A DNA stretch of 64,000 nt from Lama glama (lineage: Eukaryota), in contig CM052816.1 of assembly GCA_028534125.1 (NCBI GenBank), positions 69,628,001 through 69,692,000 of the forward strand, written 5' to 3'. The position numbers were made by a program, and so were the translations under genes. The notes below the pieces were generated by a model. The model was given only the letters and a program-made list of their open reading frames with translations, was not told the DNA's origin and did not search any database. Shown here piece after piece: positions 25,072 through 37,600 of the stretch (position 1 is the stretch's first letter; each line of letters opens with the position of its first letter).

Positions 25072-25564
25072 CAGATATTCCTTGATTTAGGATGGGGTTA
25101 TGTCTCAATAAACCCATTGTAAATTGAAAATATTAAATCAAAAATACATATAATACATCTCACCTACCAAACATCACAGCTTAGTCTAGCCTACCTTAAA
25201 TGTGCTCAGAACACTTATACTAGCCTAGAGTGGGGCAAAATCATCTACAAACCCTATTTTAAAGTATCGAGCAGCTCCTGTAACTTGTTGAATACTGTAC
25301 TGAAAGTGGAAGGGAGAATGGCTGTCTGGCTAGGAAATGTTTGTGAGTGTATCAATTGTTTACCCTGTGATTGCGTTGCTGACTGAGAGCTGTGGCTCAT
25401 TCTGCTGCCCAGCGTCACAAAGGGAGCATCGTACCACGTGTAACCAGCCCAGAACAGATCAACATTAAAAATTAGAAGTATGATTTCTACTCAGTGTGTA
25501 TCACTGTTGCAACATGGTAAAGTTGAAAAATATGTCTAACCATAGTAAAGTCAAGGACCATCTG
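25072..25564 (+). mobile_element. MER47/Tigger5-family non-autonomous TcMar-Tigger DNA transposon, apparently full length
   Basis: Imperfect TIRs are cagatattccttgattta... and ...taaagtcaaggaccatctg, with TA before and CA (mutated TA) after. Internal sequence agcttagtctagcctaccttaaatgtgctcagaacactta is characteristic. Confidence 0.88.
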
Positions 25565-26989
25565 CATCTTAGCTTTTGTACATTATTCAGTTAAACACTG
25601 GTGTCATTCCCCTGAAGTCTAGGCTACTCCTTTGCCATTCACTGTTTTATGCTTAAACTTAAACGTGGATCTTGAATGTACTTCAGTAATCAGTAACAGG
25701 GTGATGACTAACAGAACCCAGGGAAGTCCATGAGGGAGAACTTTACTCTCCCTTAGGGTTTGTGGTGAGCATTTCCATCAAGAATGACAGAGAGTCGTAA
25801 AGGAAGAAAGGGTAAGTGCTGATGGGATCAAATAAATATTGTAGACCAAGCAGAATTCTCTTAAGGTTTTATACATAAGTAGGTTATAGAATAATAACTT
25901 GTTTTGGGTCAGATTGGTCACAGAGGAAAAATTGCTGTTAGAGTGAGAGAGTAATGAATGTTCCACCTTTGAGTGTCAAGGCTTATAATCCATGACTAAT
26001 TAGTTTTTATTGTTATATAGGCTGAGACATTAGATGGTTTTAAACTTTTTCCATGGGCTGTGAATTTGTGTTAATCTAGAACCTCATGTTGTCAATTTTG
26101 TCATGTAGTTGGTGAGTTAAAGTTTGCAATAAAAAGAAATACTGACAAGGGAGAAATGGCGAGCTGTGCTAGAATGCAGTAGCCTTTCCACAGCATTAAA
26201 AGATCTTATTTCACCCTGAGTGTCTAACAAACATCTTCCCCTGCAGCCAGAAAATTCTTATTTTGACTTTCCCCCAGTTTGTTGCTTTGGTCAATGTCAA
26301 TTTAAACAAAATTGTTCCCATACTAAATTTTCTAGTCTGGCCACCAGATTTTCCAAAATACTACAAACATACTTTACTTTTTGTGTTAGGCCAATAGCTC
26401 AGGAATTTGCTGCTTGGTATTTGGAGCCTCGTATAAATTGTGATCACCTTGAGGGGCTGTGGGTCTTCTAGGGAGTCAGCTCTTGGCTTTAGAGGAATAC
26501 AGAAGGGAGCATTTTCCCAGAACTCTTCTCACAGTGTTTTCTTTCTGTGCTTTCAATTTCTCATGGCTGCTGGGTTCCATGGGCATCAGGACAGTGACAG
26601 GGATGTCAAAGGACAGGATAGGATCGGATCAAAAAGGATCACAATGAGCATAGGGCAGTGCTCTTATGTTTTTAGTACAGTACTTAGCACATGCTGCACT
26701 ATGGCTGCATGTTTCCAAATATGAGAATAGAACTCTGAGAAAGGCTCAACAGTAAGTAAAGTTTGGTTGTGTATGTGTTTTTTTTTTAAGTTTTTATTTC
26801 AGATGTTGGATGAGAGATTTCTTGCAGAACTGGGTCTGTGCCAGAAATGTAAAAATACATGCTGATCAATGTATGTCAACAAAAAACATCATCAACCAAA
26901 AAGATAGGTTATTTCTGTATGGTGGAATGACTTGTTAAGTAAATTCGACATCCTGCCTTTGAGAAATCTGAATAAATATTTCATAAAAG

Positions 26990-27800
26990 ATGAATCAGTT
27001 CATTGAAAAAATACTAATTAAGCTCCCACTATGTGTAAGACTTTGCGTGGGATGTATTCAAAGTATGGAATTAAGACGACACATACATGTACAGAACTCC
27101 CATATGGCTCTTTCGTTCTAACCAGGAAGAGGAAATGAGCATTCAGATTAACAGTGCTACAGAGTGGAAAGTGTTATGAGCAGAAACAAGAGGAATAAAT
27201 TAAAACTTTCTGAGAAGTTCTTTCTAGCTAGAAGATCAGGGAAGGCTTGGTGGAAGAGGAGACATTTGACCTGGCCCTTGAAGGGCTCATAGCAATTTGA
27301 ATGTACAAGAGCTGAGGGGAGAACTGACATGATGAAAACTCCAGGAAGAAAGGATAACACAGTCACATGCCTAAAGGTGAAAAGCCTAAATCTGGTCCAG
27401 GAGAGCAAAAGTTGGATTTGTGGAGTGTTTAGGAGAGCAGTGGATAAATGCAGCAGAAAGGCCAGTTGGAGCCAGATCATGGAGAACTGTAAATGCTAAA
27501 TCAAGTAGTTTGGGAATTTCAAGTGATAAGCGTTTAATATTTTTGAGCAGAGTGGTGATATAATCTGAGCTAGTTTTCTGGTTGAGGATTCATAATTAGA
27601 TAGTATCACTGCCAGGACAGAAGTGACAGACCAGTTAGAATGCCATTCTGAGGATCCAGACAGAAAATGATGAGAGCGGGAACCCGAGTGAGAATGTTAG
27701 GAGCAGGACAGATAATCAGATGGCAGGCATAGTCTTCAAGTATGGTTGTTAGGACTTGACACTGTGAAGGTAATGATGTAAAATTGTGTTTATAGTAACA
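26990..27800 (-). mobile_element. L2 LINE remnant
   Basis: Tail cagttcattgaaaaaatactaattaagctcccactatgtg, with internal gttggagccagatcatggagaactgtaaatgc and tttttgagcagagtggtgatataatctga. Confidence 0.75.
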
Positions 27801-27880
27801 CAGACATCCAGGATGCTTGTTGAGGGAGGATAAGAAGAGAAGAGGGCCATTGGTGGATCACCTTGTATAGTGTTTAGAAC

Positions 27881-27990
27881 CTAGTTTTGCAAAAGATAGT
27901 CTGAGGACCATCTGCCTCAGAATCTCGCGGGTGTGCTGCTTGAAGTACACATTGTGAGAACCTTTCTATACATGAAAGCATGTGACCACT
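27881..27990. mobile_element. MER5-like hAT-Charlie remnant
   Basis: Runs gtctgaggaccatctgcctcagaatctc...tgtgaccactg. Confidence 0.5.
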
Positions 27991-28228
27991 GGGTTAGAAT
28001 TCCAACTTAACAAGACTAAGGAAATGAGTATGATTCCTGCCTGCACTTCTTAATTTTGAGATTGTACTGCCAACTCCAGTTAGCCTATCTTTGAACAGGA
28101 GACAGTCAGGGGAGAGTAAAAATAGTTCAGTGTAACACCTTTATTTCTACTGGAAAACAACTCTGAATTTATACCAAATTCTAGTAGATCTTAATGGTGT
28201 CTTTTGCATATTAGAGATAATGAGTATC

Positions 28229-29516
28229 TGTAATTCTTAAAAACTCTATGGAATCTCAGGCCCTTAATTCTCTTAAATTATTGAGACCTGAAAAGGGTGT
28301 TTGTTTGTATAGCTTATGTGTATTGATATCTGCCATGTTAGGAATTAAAGCTGATAATTAAAATTTCCAGTTTCTTTAAAAGTAACAGTAAACCTATTGT
28401 TACACATCAATATAAAAACATGTTTTATGTAAATTAACAATTCCCCAAATAAACAAAAATATTTTAGAACAGTGGCAAGTCTGCTTAATGTCTGGCATAG
28501 TAGAAGATTGGTTTCTCATAGCTGCTTCTACATTTGATCTACATTTGCATTGGAGTGAAAAAAAAATCCAGCCTCACATAGACATATTCAAAAAGGAAGG
28601 TATATCTTAATAGCCTTTTCAGATAATTGTTGATTGTCTTCTTTCATATGACATAAGAATTCTTTAACAAGTGATAGTTTTTAAAGGTCATTTGCAATAT
28701 GGAATCTGAAAACCACACCAGTGAACTTTTGTATTCAGTTCTGTAACATCCATTGATCAATCTTGTGCTTTAAGTGTATCTTTTTTTTTTTAATCTATGC
28801 ATGGATTTGTATAATGCATCAGTCATTTGGGGAATATTGATTCATTAAATTAGATCTTCCGAATGTTGACACATTTTATTATAAATATCTATCTGTTAAT
28901 ATCATCACCAGTCTCATCACTGAGAAGCTGTCAAGATCTCAGTGGCACAAACAGGTTTTCCAAAATTTTAGTTTTTGCTTGAAAACAATTGTTACCACTG
29001 ACAACAAATAAGTATCAATTATTTTCCTTTGAAGTTAGAGGCTTACATATTCATTTTTGAGAAAATGTCAATCAAATACTCAAGCTTGTAACCATAGTTT
29101 GCCAGTTGAAATTTCAAGTAAAAATGGGACTCCATGAGCAGAAAAAATGACTAGTTTAGCTCACAACTCAGTTGCCCAAGTGCATATCCTCAAAACAACG
29201 ATGTGCTTTAAGTGTGTAGCAAAAATTCTATTTGTCTGCTCCTTATATAGTCTTTTAAAAAAGACATGTTTGAGAGCTAATTTAATAAAACTAAAAAATT
29301 TCGTTGTTGTTATTCTTTGCTGCTGTTCATTCTTAAATGAAACTGGCTTTTTATCATTCCCCCCGCCCCCGCAAATACATGGTAGTCAAGGATAGACTGT
29401 TATTTTGATGCCAGTATCTCTGTTCGTGTAGGTTACCAGCAGTTTTATTCCACCTTTGCTTTGCACCATCAGTGAAAATGTCAACTCAGTGAAAAAAGCA
29501 AGTGACAGTCTTAGTT
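28229..29516 (-). mobile_element. Charlie1/Charlie1a hAT DNA transposon remnant
   Basis: Motifs ctcttaaattattgagacc, ttaatgtctggcatagtagaaga, tgcaatatggaatctgaaaac, cactgagaagctgtcaag and caccatcagtgaaaatgtcaactcagtgaaaaa. Strand is relative to the recalled consensus. Confidence 0.85.
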
Positions 29517-29699
29517 CAATAGGACATCACCAGTCTAGAGACCAGACTTCCTGTAGGGACAAATTTAAGCAAGTGTTTTTTGGTGGTGGTTGTTGACTCC
29601 TGCATATTCCTATTATTTTTTAGCTTACTGGGTTCATCTTTCAGTGAACAACTCTTTTAATGAACCTATTCATAGCCTATTAATTTAACATGAGGGAAC

Positions 29700-30135
29700 T
29701 AACATCTTTTTGGCTGCAGTTATCTAAATACTCTTCTATAATTGGCTTCAATGATGGTCATTTGCTGTGCTCACAGGGTGAGTCCTTAACATGCAGGGGG
29801 TTGGTTCTGCTGCTCAGCAGTTTTCTCAAGGACCCAGGCTCTTTCTGTCTTTCCTTTCTGACATTTTCATTATGTTGGTATGTCTCCTTCAAGGTGACTA
29901 TGAGGCTAACAGTGTTCAAAGCATCATCTTGTCACCTAATAAAATCTAAATGCTAGAAGCAACAGGCAGCTCTCTCTGGGCATCTGTCTTTTTATTGAGG
30001 AGCAAAATCTTTTCCAGAAGCTCCTAGCAGACTTTTGCTGAATCCCGTTTCGCTGAAACTGAATCATATGTCCATGCTGCAAGAGAGAAAGAGAGGCTGG
30101 GAACACCAGTACCTGGCATTTTAATCTCTGCGATT
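29700..30135 (-). mobile_element. Old MLT1 (J/K/L-like) LTR
   Basis: Motifs tcaaggacccaggctctttctgtctttc, tttccagaagctcctagcagacttt and gaatcatatgtccatgc. Confidence 0.7.
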
Positions 30136-31729
30136 GTAGGCTGACTTTGCTGATGAAGAATGGAAGCACCCTGAAGACTGAAAGCTTTGTCTGTTCTGTT
30201 TCCTTCTGCGTCCCCAGCACCTAAGATGACGCCTGGTGCTCAGGAGGTGTCTGTTACAGAACCGTATTAATGAATTAATGAGAGAATGTTGTTGCAGCCA
30301 CGGTGTACCATAGAAATGAACCTGCCCAATGAGAATGCTATGATCCTGTCTTTTCTCTCTGCTCTTGAACCAGGCTGTCACTGGTTGATTGGCTCTCAGA
30401 ATGAACTCTTAGATTCCCAAGGCTTCCTTACAACTCCCAGTAAGGCAGTATCAGACCTTGATGACGAGGACATGGGACAGCACCTTCCACTCAACCTCTC
30501 TACTGTTTAGACCACCTCTTTGGTTTTTAATCTAAATGTACAAAATGTGGATTGGATTGGATTTTGGTGTTTAAGCTTTTTATGTAACAATTGTAGTTCC
30601 TATGACACAGAGCACCCAATTCCCAGAATTAGAGTTAAGAGTAGCCTCAGGATGCCATATCTAATAGCAGTCTGTGTTACCCCACGTGGATTTGGTTTGT
30701 GGGTTAGGAATGTTGGTGTGTGGGCATCAAACAAGTGTTACGGATTTCCCCAGTTGGGCTCACTTCTCGAAGCACCTGGCAGCTGGGTTGGTGACGCATC
30801 CACTTCTCACTTGAATCTGGTGACTAAACTAAGGTCCACTCAGCTGGACTAAACACCTTGTACCCACCCCTCACCCCATTGTGTGGTTCCTCAGCCATGA
30901 CCTGGGTTTAGGATGCTGCTGACTAAAGCTGTTGTGCAGGAGGGTGAGCAGGAGTTTAGAATTCCAAGCTCCATGCTTGTGATGAAAGTGAGTCATCTGC
31001 TTAATCTTAGCATTTCTGTGTAGCAGGAGATAAAACAAAAGGGTCTTTTCACTATGTAATATTGTATTCATATATTATGTCATATATGGGGCATTTAAAA
31101 AAGTTCTGGTATTTGTCTTTGGGTTTGTTTCACCCACCAACACAGTCATGGGACTTACTGTCATTTTGTCTCACTAGGTGCCTTATGTGCTCCTAAAAAT
31201 GTGACAGATGAAAATAGTTACTTTTTGAGAGATGACTTCACAAGCTGAATTTCCAATGTGTCCCATGTATTTCCAATGGACAAGTTGCATTAAAGCATGC
31301 ATCTGGGATTCTTCTCCTCATACTTGATTCCCTGGACACCCTCCAATAATCTGGCCATAATTTTTCCCTCCCATGTATTTGCAGACCTCACTGTAATCAC
31401 CATTACTTTACAGGATATGATGGTTTGAGCTAAGAGGAATAATGGCTTTCTAAATATTTCTTATAGGTCTTAGCTCAGTGGCTTGTATAGAAAGGGCACT
31501 TAATAATGCCATTCATTGAATTAATTGGTTGGGAAATGTTCTTGGACAGGTTCCCACTCTGAGGATTAATATATATAAGCATTTAGGTACCTTTTATTCT
31601 AACAGGTTCCCTTTCCCCACCCCACCCTTGGCTTATGTGGTAGTAGAGTTTTTATTCAGCTTCGTCACCTTTCTGGTCAATGATCCATCTATTTCAATCA
31701 CATTAGACCTAAATATATTTTTAGTTGTT

Positions 31730-31870
31730 TAATCTTGGGCACATTATGTAATTGTTTTGTGTCTTGGTTTCCTTATTGATAAAATGAGAGTGATAACAGT
31801 ACCTACCTCACAAGACTATCGTGGGCAAATGAATTAATACATGTAAAAACACTTAGCACAACTAATGTTT
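31730..31870 (+). mobile_element. MIR SINE
   Basis: Runs ttggtttccttattgataaaatgagagtgataacagtacctacctcac...atgtaaaaacacttagcaca. Confidence 0.75.
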
Positions 31871-32188
31871 ATTCAGAACTGCACTTGGTCAACCTCAACT
31901 GTTGGTTGGCTGTGTATACAAAAGTTCGGTGAAATCACTGAAAGCATTCTGTGAGCATTAGTGGAGCTCTATCGAATTTATGATAAAGCATGTTGCCTAT
32001 ATTCTTATTATATGAAAATTGTGTGGTGCACATCTTTTGTTGGTAAAATTTACAATAAGCTTGTGTCTGGATACATGTGCACACACCATTTTTGTTGTTT
32101 TAAACATTTACCACCAGGTATTACTGCCTCTACTTTTGTTCTGCTTATGGATGTTTCTCCTGCATATGGATGATGTCTGGATGGAGCC

Positions 32189-32663
32189 TGTAGCAGATGC
32201 TGCTGGTATCCTACCCAGAGCTCCTTTACTGGGCCAGTGCTTCCATCTCCCAGCTGCTGCGGGCATTGGCTGCTAATGACTCACACCTGTACCCTTCTCC
32301 AGAGGCCTGCCCTTGGCTGACAGTAGTTGCCTCAACCAAATACATGGGGGAGATGATGAGATCACGCCCCAACCCCCCTTCTATTCCTCAGGGGTGGCTC
32401 ATGGCCAGTGACTGTACAGGGGTGTAACAGCCCAGCCCCTTTGCCTTTTGGACTGGACAACTTCTGTGGTTCAGTCCACACTCTAGAGCTCCTCATTGGA
32501 TCAGGCTGAGGTTAGATTTCTGAAACCATTATCTTTGCGTAGTTCCTGCCGCCATTCTAGCTTGCTTCTTTTACTCCTGGTTTCTTCTGACAGCACTGTG
32601 TCTATAGTCAGGTATAAGAAATGCTGTCTCAGGCTCTGCATCCAGGGAACCTGACCCAAGATG
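32189..32663 (+). mobile_element. LTR16-family (ERVL) solo LTR
   Basis: Starts tgtagcagatgctgctggt and ends tgtctcaggctctgcatccagggaacctgacccaaga. Internal motif ggatcaggctgaggttaga. Confidence 0.8.
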
Positions 32664-33209
32664 TTGCTAATTTCAGTGCCTCTACTGTTTTCTTAGTTCT
32701 ACTATCACTTAAGCAGCAATTCCCTATAATAAATAATCTCTGGCTTAAATTTCCTCTCGTTTTGTTTTCTTGGCTGGACCCTTGCTCATATCCTCTCTTT
32801 GCATATTTAAGTTTACTTAACATTAAATGCTCTTGATCTTACTATACACCTGCTTTTTTTCATAAAATATTATGATGAACACCCCAGATTTAGAATCTGA
32901 AAGTAATTTTCAAAGCCTGAGTCAATTGTATTTCCCTCTTAGGGTTGTTGTAAGAATTATATGAGTTATTCTTTTGAAAACACTTAGCACTGTGCCTGGA
33001 ATATAGGAAGTGCTTAATAAATGGTAGCTATTTGATTGATACTACTCTTTAAAAAAAAAGAGACTTGCCCAGTCTGGATAAGATGCCTCATCTCTTACTC
33101 CCAGAGAACCCTGATAAGTTCCTACATCACAGTGTTTTATTACTCTTTATTATACCCTTTGTTTTTCATTCTACTTCTCCCAGAGGAATATGAGCTTCCC
33201 AGTGTCATT

Positions 33210-33360
33210 CAGTGGTGTGTTGGCTCTCCTGGGAAAGAAAAGACCAGGCAGATAGGTCTTTCTGCTGATCTTTCTTGGTGAAAATACTCCTGTCCATTTT
33301 CAAGCCACCAATATGATGTCACTGAACACCCTATTGGCTCTTACCAGCCAGTGCACACCA
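33210..33360. mobile_element. MER63-like hAT-Blackjack element
   Basis: Runs cagtggtgtgttgg ... ggtgaaaatactcc ... tttcaagccaccaatatgatgtcactgaac ... gcacacca, with matching inverted ends. Confidence 0.7.
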
Positions 33361-34480
33361 ACATGGTCTCCACTCTGAATCCCTAACACTTAGCACAGTG
33401 TATCCACCATAGGAGGTAGACGTTCAATAGAGGACTAAAACGTAGTTATTAACTGGTCGGAAGTTGATCATATGCACTAATTGGAGAAATTCCTTGATAT
33501 CTAATTTTTGTTATGTAACCAGTAACACCTCCCCCAATACACATATATACACAGAATGCCCATGCTATTCATGAATCAAAGAAGAGGAAGGCAGTCATCA
33601 TAATATATTGGGAAATACCCATCCCCTCCCTGGGCAGCTTGTCTCCTAACTCAGAGGTTGATGTCCATGTGTATGGTGATTCACTATACAAATGAATGGA
33701 GCTTAATTACTTCACCTCTCTGGCCCCAGTTTCCTCAAAGTTGGAAGCCTAATTAGCATATAATTTCATTTCCTCCTTCCCTCGTTTTCCTCATTCCACT
33801 ACTGAATTTTGAGTTGTACATTGGGCGAGGTGTTGGAAATACGATGAGGAATAAGGCTGGGTTCTGGCTGATGAGACTCTCAATGTCTTTTTTTTATGAA
33901 CATCCCATCACATTGAGACCATGGGTGTGCTTGTTGCCAAATGGTGTGATGCAGATGTACCAAAGGCCAAAATTTCAGTTCATCACAAATTTAACACTTT
34001 GACATATAAAGGTATTATGCCAATAGTTTTAGCTTTGCGGATAAATTAAAGAAGGTTGTCCTGATCAGCAAGTAGTTCTTTTAGAAAATGTCAACAAGAT
34101 AATGGTGGAGAAAACCCTTGATGAACAGCCAGGTCATGACGCTGAGTTAGGCTTGAACTAAACTTGTAGACAAGGTAGTTTATTCGGGACTATTAAGCAA
34201 AACCTGAAAACATTTTTTTGCATTTAAGTCTAAGAAGTGCTTATCCTGGTTCTTTCTCTCACATTTTGATGAGAAAGGCACGAAGAATGACTCTTCAACT
34301 TCTGTGCTTTCCTTCAAGGCCATATCCACCATTAGTTCTAATGTCCTTGTTCTCATTGACTGTGATTTCTGCACCTACTTTTTAAAAGCCACATTGGTTT
34401 GCAATAGGAATTACTATTGGGAACATTTTTCAGTTGCTGAAAGCTATTTTTAAAAAGAGAATTCGTTTTGTTTTTGACAG

Positions 34481-34689
34481 GGGCTGATAATATCCGGAAA
34501 TACTGGAGCCGCTACTACCAAGGATCTCAAGGGGTAATATTTGTATTAGACAGTGCCTCTTCAGAAGATGATTTAGAAACTGCTAGAAATGAACTGCACT
34601 CAGCTCTTCAGCACCCACAGTTATGCACTTTACCTTTCTTGATATTGGCCAATCATCAAGACAAGCCAGCTGCTCGATCAGTACAAGAG
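34481..34689 (+). CDS. ARL15: ARL15 (ADP-ribosylation factor-like GTPase 15) internal coding exon, equivalent to human exon 4, residues ~G85-E154
   Basis: Translates as (G)ADNIRKYWSRYYQGSQGVIFVLDSASSEDDLETARNELHSALQHPQLCTLPFLILANHQDKPAARSVQE, matching ARL15 as I recall it. Acceptor is ttcgttttgtttttgacag|G at 34480/34481 and donor is GAG|gtatgt at 34689/34690. Length is 209 bp (2 nt of a split Gly codon plus 69 codons), with a phase-1 intron upstream and phase-0 intron downstream. Confidence 0.97.
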
Positions 34690-37600
34690 GTATGTCTCAC
34701 TAAGGTGACATCTCTTTGTCTTATTTGTTGCACTTCTTCTGCTGCATTGGAATCTGAAAGTATTCCTGTAATTAGAGATATGCTGGTTATGCTGGTTTTT
34801 CAACATCAAACCGTAGAGTTTTTTTAGAAAACAGCCTATATTAATCTGATGGAAATTATTATTTATATACCTAACCCCACTTGGAGATGGTAGCTTGTTC
34901 AACTGTTTAGCAAAAATTAGAGGACTTATCTGAATATGTTTCTCATCTATTTTAAAGGACTAAAGGCCTGGTCATTGAACATTTCTTTTTACCCCACTAG
35001 CTTGCTTAGTTCATTCTTCTGAAGGAGTGCCTCGTGCGTAATACGATGTACCACTTCCCCTCAAATGTCGTGTTCTTGTCCCTCTGAAATGCACACTGTT
35101 GACTGGGAGCAATGGATATTATTCTGTGATCAGCCAGGCTGAAAATTGATGTCTTATCTTGCAAGTTCCGTGGCACCAAATACATTTTAATATGGACCCA
35201 TTCTTTATGTTTCATATTTCATTTCATTTCTTGTGTCCCTCCTATAAAAGCATGAGACTAATTCTGGGCAAATAATCAGTGTCTCAGCAGAGTTTCTGAT
35301 TCATAGTACTAAAGTAAGAAGATATGTGAATAGCTCCCAAAACTTAAATTACAGTGAAATCAAAACTTTTGATGTATTCCTTTACATCTGTAACTTTCAG
35401 GATATGTTTCATCACCCCTCCCCCTTCAGAAATGGTGTGCTTCTTTTCCTGACTTCAGAATAATGTCAACATGCTGCCTTTTAGTCTGAAAAGTAAGTGA
35501 GGAGCCCAGGACCTAAGTTCTAACTCCAAACTCCCTCACACTTAGTGTGGAACCCATGGGCAAATAGCTTTGACCCAGTGCGTGTCTTCTCACCTCTAAA
35601 AGGGGAATAATTTAATTTTTATGAGAAGTGAGTGGGATTAATTTGTTAATTGACTTTGAAGTTAAAAGTACTAAGTATAAGAGGTACTGTATATAGAGAA
35701 TTTTCACTTATTTTAGAAAAGTAGTAAAGAAGGCAGGGATTTCTTATTAAACAGACAGAGCTCATGTCCAGCTTTGGTTGTCTCATTCAACAGTAAGTAG
35801 TTAGTACCTTTTTTCCTTTTTAGATTTGTGAAATACCTTATAGATAATATTAAGTGATTAAGATAAAAAAGAGGAATACAGATCTATTCTGAGAGTCATC
35901 AATGTGCAGATTGTCAGCAATGTAATAGTGATGTCTTTCTGATCTGTTCTTAAGACCTTAGGTACATCTTTTAACTTCTTAGTACCAGTGTTTTTGTCTG
36001 TAAAATGGATATAATAAATAGTGTATAATGATGGGTGGTTATGAATGATTATCAGGTGCTTGGCTGAAGATACATTGGTATTCTGAGATTCATTGTGGGA
36101 AATACAATGTATGTGTTACAAAATATATAGAGAGAATATAACGTGCACATGAATAATATGTAATACATATATAGTAACACAGTGTGATACAGCTATAAAA
36201 CAAGTGACATAACTTCAAATCACTTATTCAGGTTATGTGCAATAGATGAAAATATTTCTTTTTGGCTTTTAAATTTAAGAAACTTTATCTGTTTCCATAG
36301 ACATGAAAAAAATGGAAACTAATGTGTTCTTTAACCCTAATATCTGACTCATAGTGATCCTTGCTAGGAATTAAAGACTGTTACATTGAATAAAGGAAGC
36401 ATTTATCAGTTAGATGCTTTGGAGTGTGCCTTGTGTGTGTGGGCTGGCTGTCTCTTCTAGGAAGAGGGCAGTTGTCTTTTTTGTGATTCATCTTTTCATA
36501 AGAAGAGGTTGTAAATGTTGAGTTGTCAGAGATATGCTTTGAAAATTATTCTAAACTTGTACATATTGGAGCCTATGTGACTTTGACTTTCCTTTTTGTT
36601 TATATCCATTTTAAATGAGTTTTCCTTAAAATTCTGACTTGTGATGGAAATTGCAAATACCGCTTTGAGGACTGCTTTAAGTAAAGCATTTTTCCCTATG
36701 ATTATATAAACACATACTAGGCCAGGTGCATGTTAACATTTTAGCCTGTTTTGATCGAATACATGGACAAATTCCATTGTAGATCTTGAGGTATGTTGAA
36801 ACATAATGAAGTGCTGAAACTTACTTTGGATTTGGGAGAGAAAGAAATGGAAGCTTCATATTTTTCCCATTGCTTGAATGACAGTGGTTTCTCAGTATAG
36901 TATTCTTATGCTTTGTTGAAATACTCCTAGAAATATTTTGGGAATTAAATCAATACCTTATTGTTCGCATAAAAATGAAACTGTGAGATTGAATCCTAAA
37001 CATTTTATAAACAATAACCTCAGAATGGTTGGGAGTAGGCATGAGGAGAAGAGGAAATAGAAAACTGAGACATGAGCAAAGTTACATGGTATTTGAAATG
37101 TGTTTAGAAGAGGTCATCTGTTTATTACTTTCTTTCCTGATCCTAAAGGTATTACATGCCCTGTGCTCTGTTGTTTATAAATGTTTTTATTCATTTGTAG
37201 CTGCTATTTTGTGTGCACATTGTGGAATTTCCAAATGCTAAAAAGATGATGTTTTACTCTGCAGCATACCTGTGACTTTTAGGTAATATTCTGTTCTTTG
37301 AGTATCATGGAAAATGCGTTCAGTTGACGAAAAAAGCACCGAACGATTCTTTGATGCAGTTAAGAAAAGATGAGGCATCGAGGTTCATTGGTTCTTCCCC
37401 TCCTCCCATGGAAATTATTAATCTTGTGCGCAATGCAGTACACAAAAATTTTGCAATTATTCTGTCGCTAGAGTAAAATTTTAAGAATTCATTTGTCATT
37501 TAATGAGGATATCAGGATATTGTTGCATTTAGAAACTGACAGAAGCCAGAGAAGTCCAAAGGAGAAAGCTGAATTAATACTGGAATTCCAACAAACGCTG

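Larger units (their letters stand above)
1..34480 (+). other. ARL15: ARL15 intron upstream of the exon (3' part only)
   Basis: Ends in a polypyrimidine tract plus AG. No other ARL15-like peptide is seen upstream. ARL15 is known to have very long introns. Confidence 0.88.

Noticed and set aside
34468..34827. 119-aa ORF as a stand-alone gene or C-terminally extended ARL15
   Set aside because: Its start is a TTG inside the polypyrimidine tract, and similarity to ARL15 stops exactly at the GTATGT donor. The extra 45 codons are intron read-through with no AATAAA seen until ~36389.
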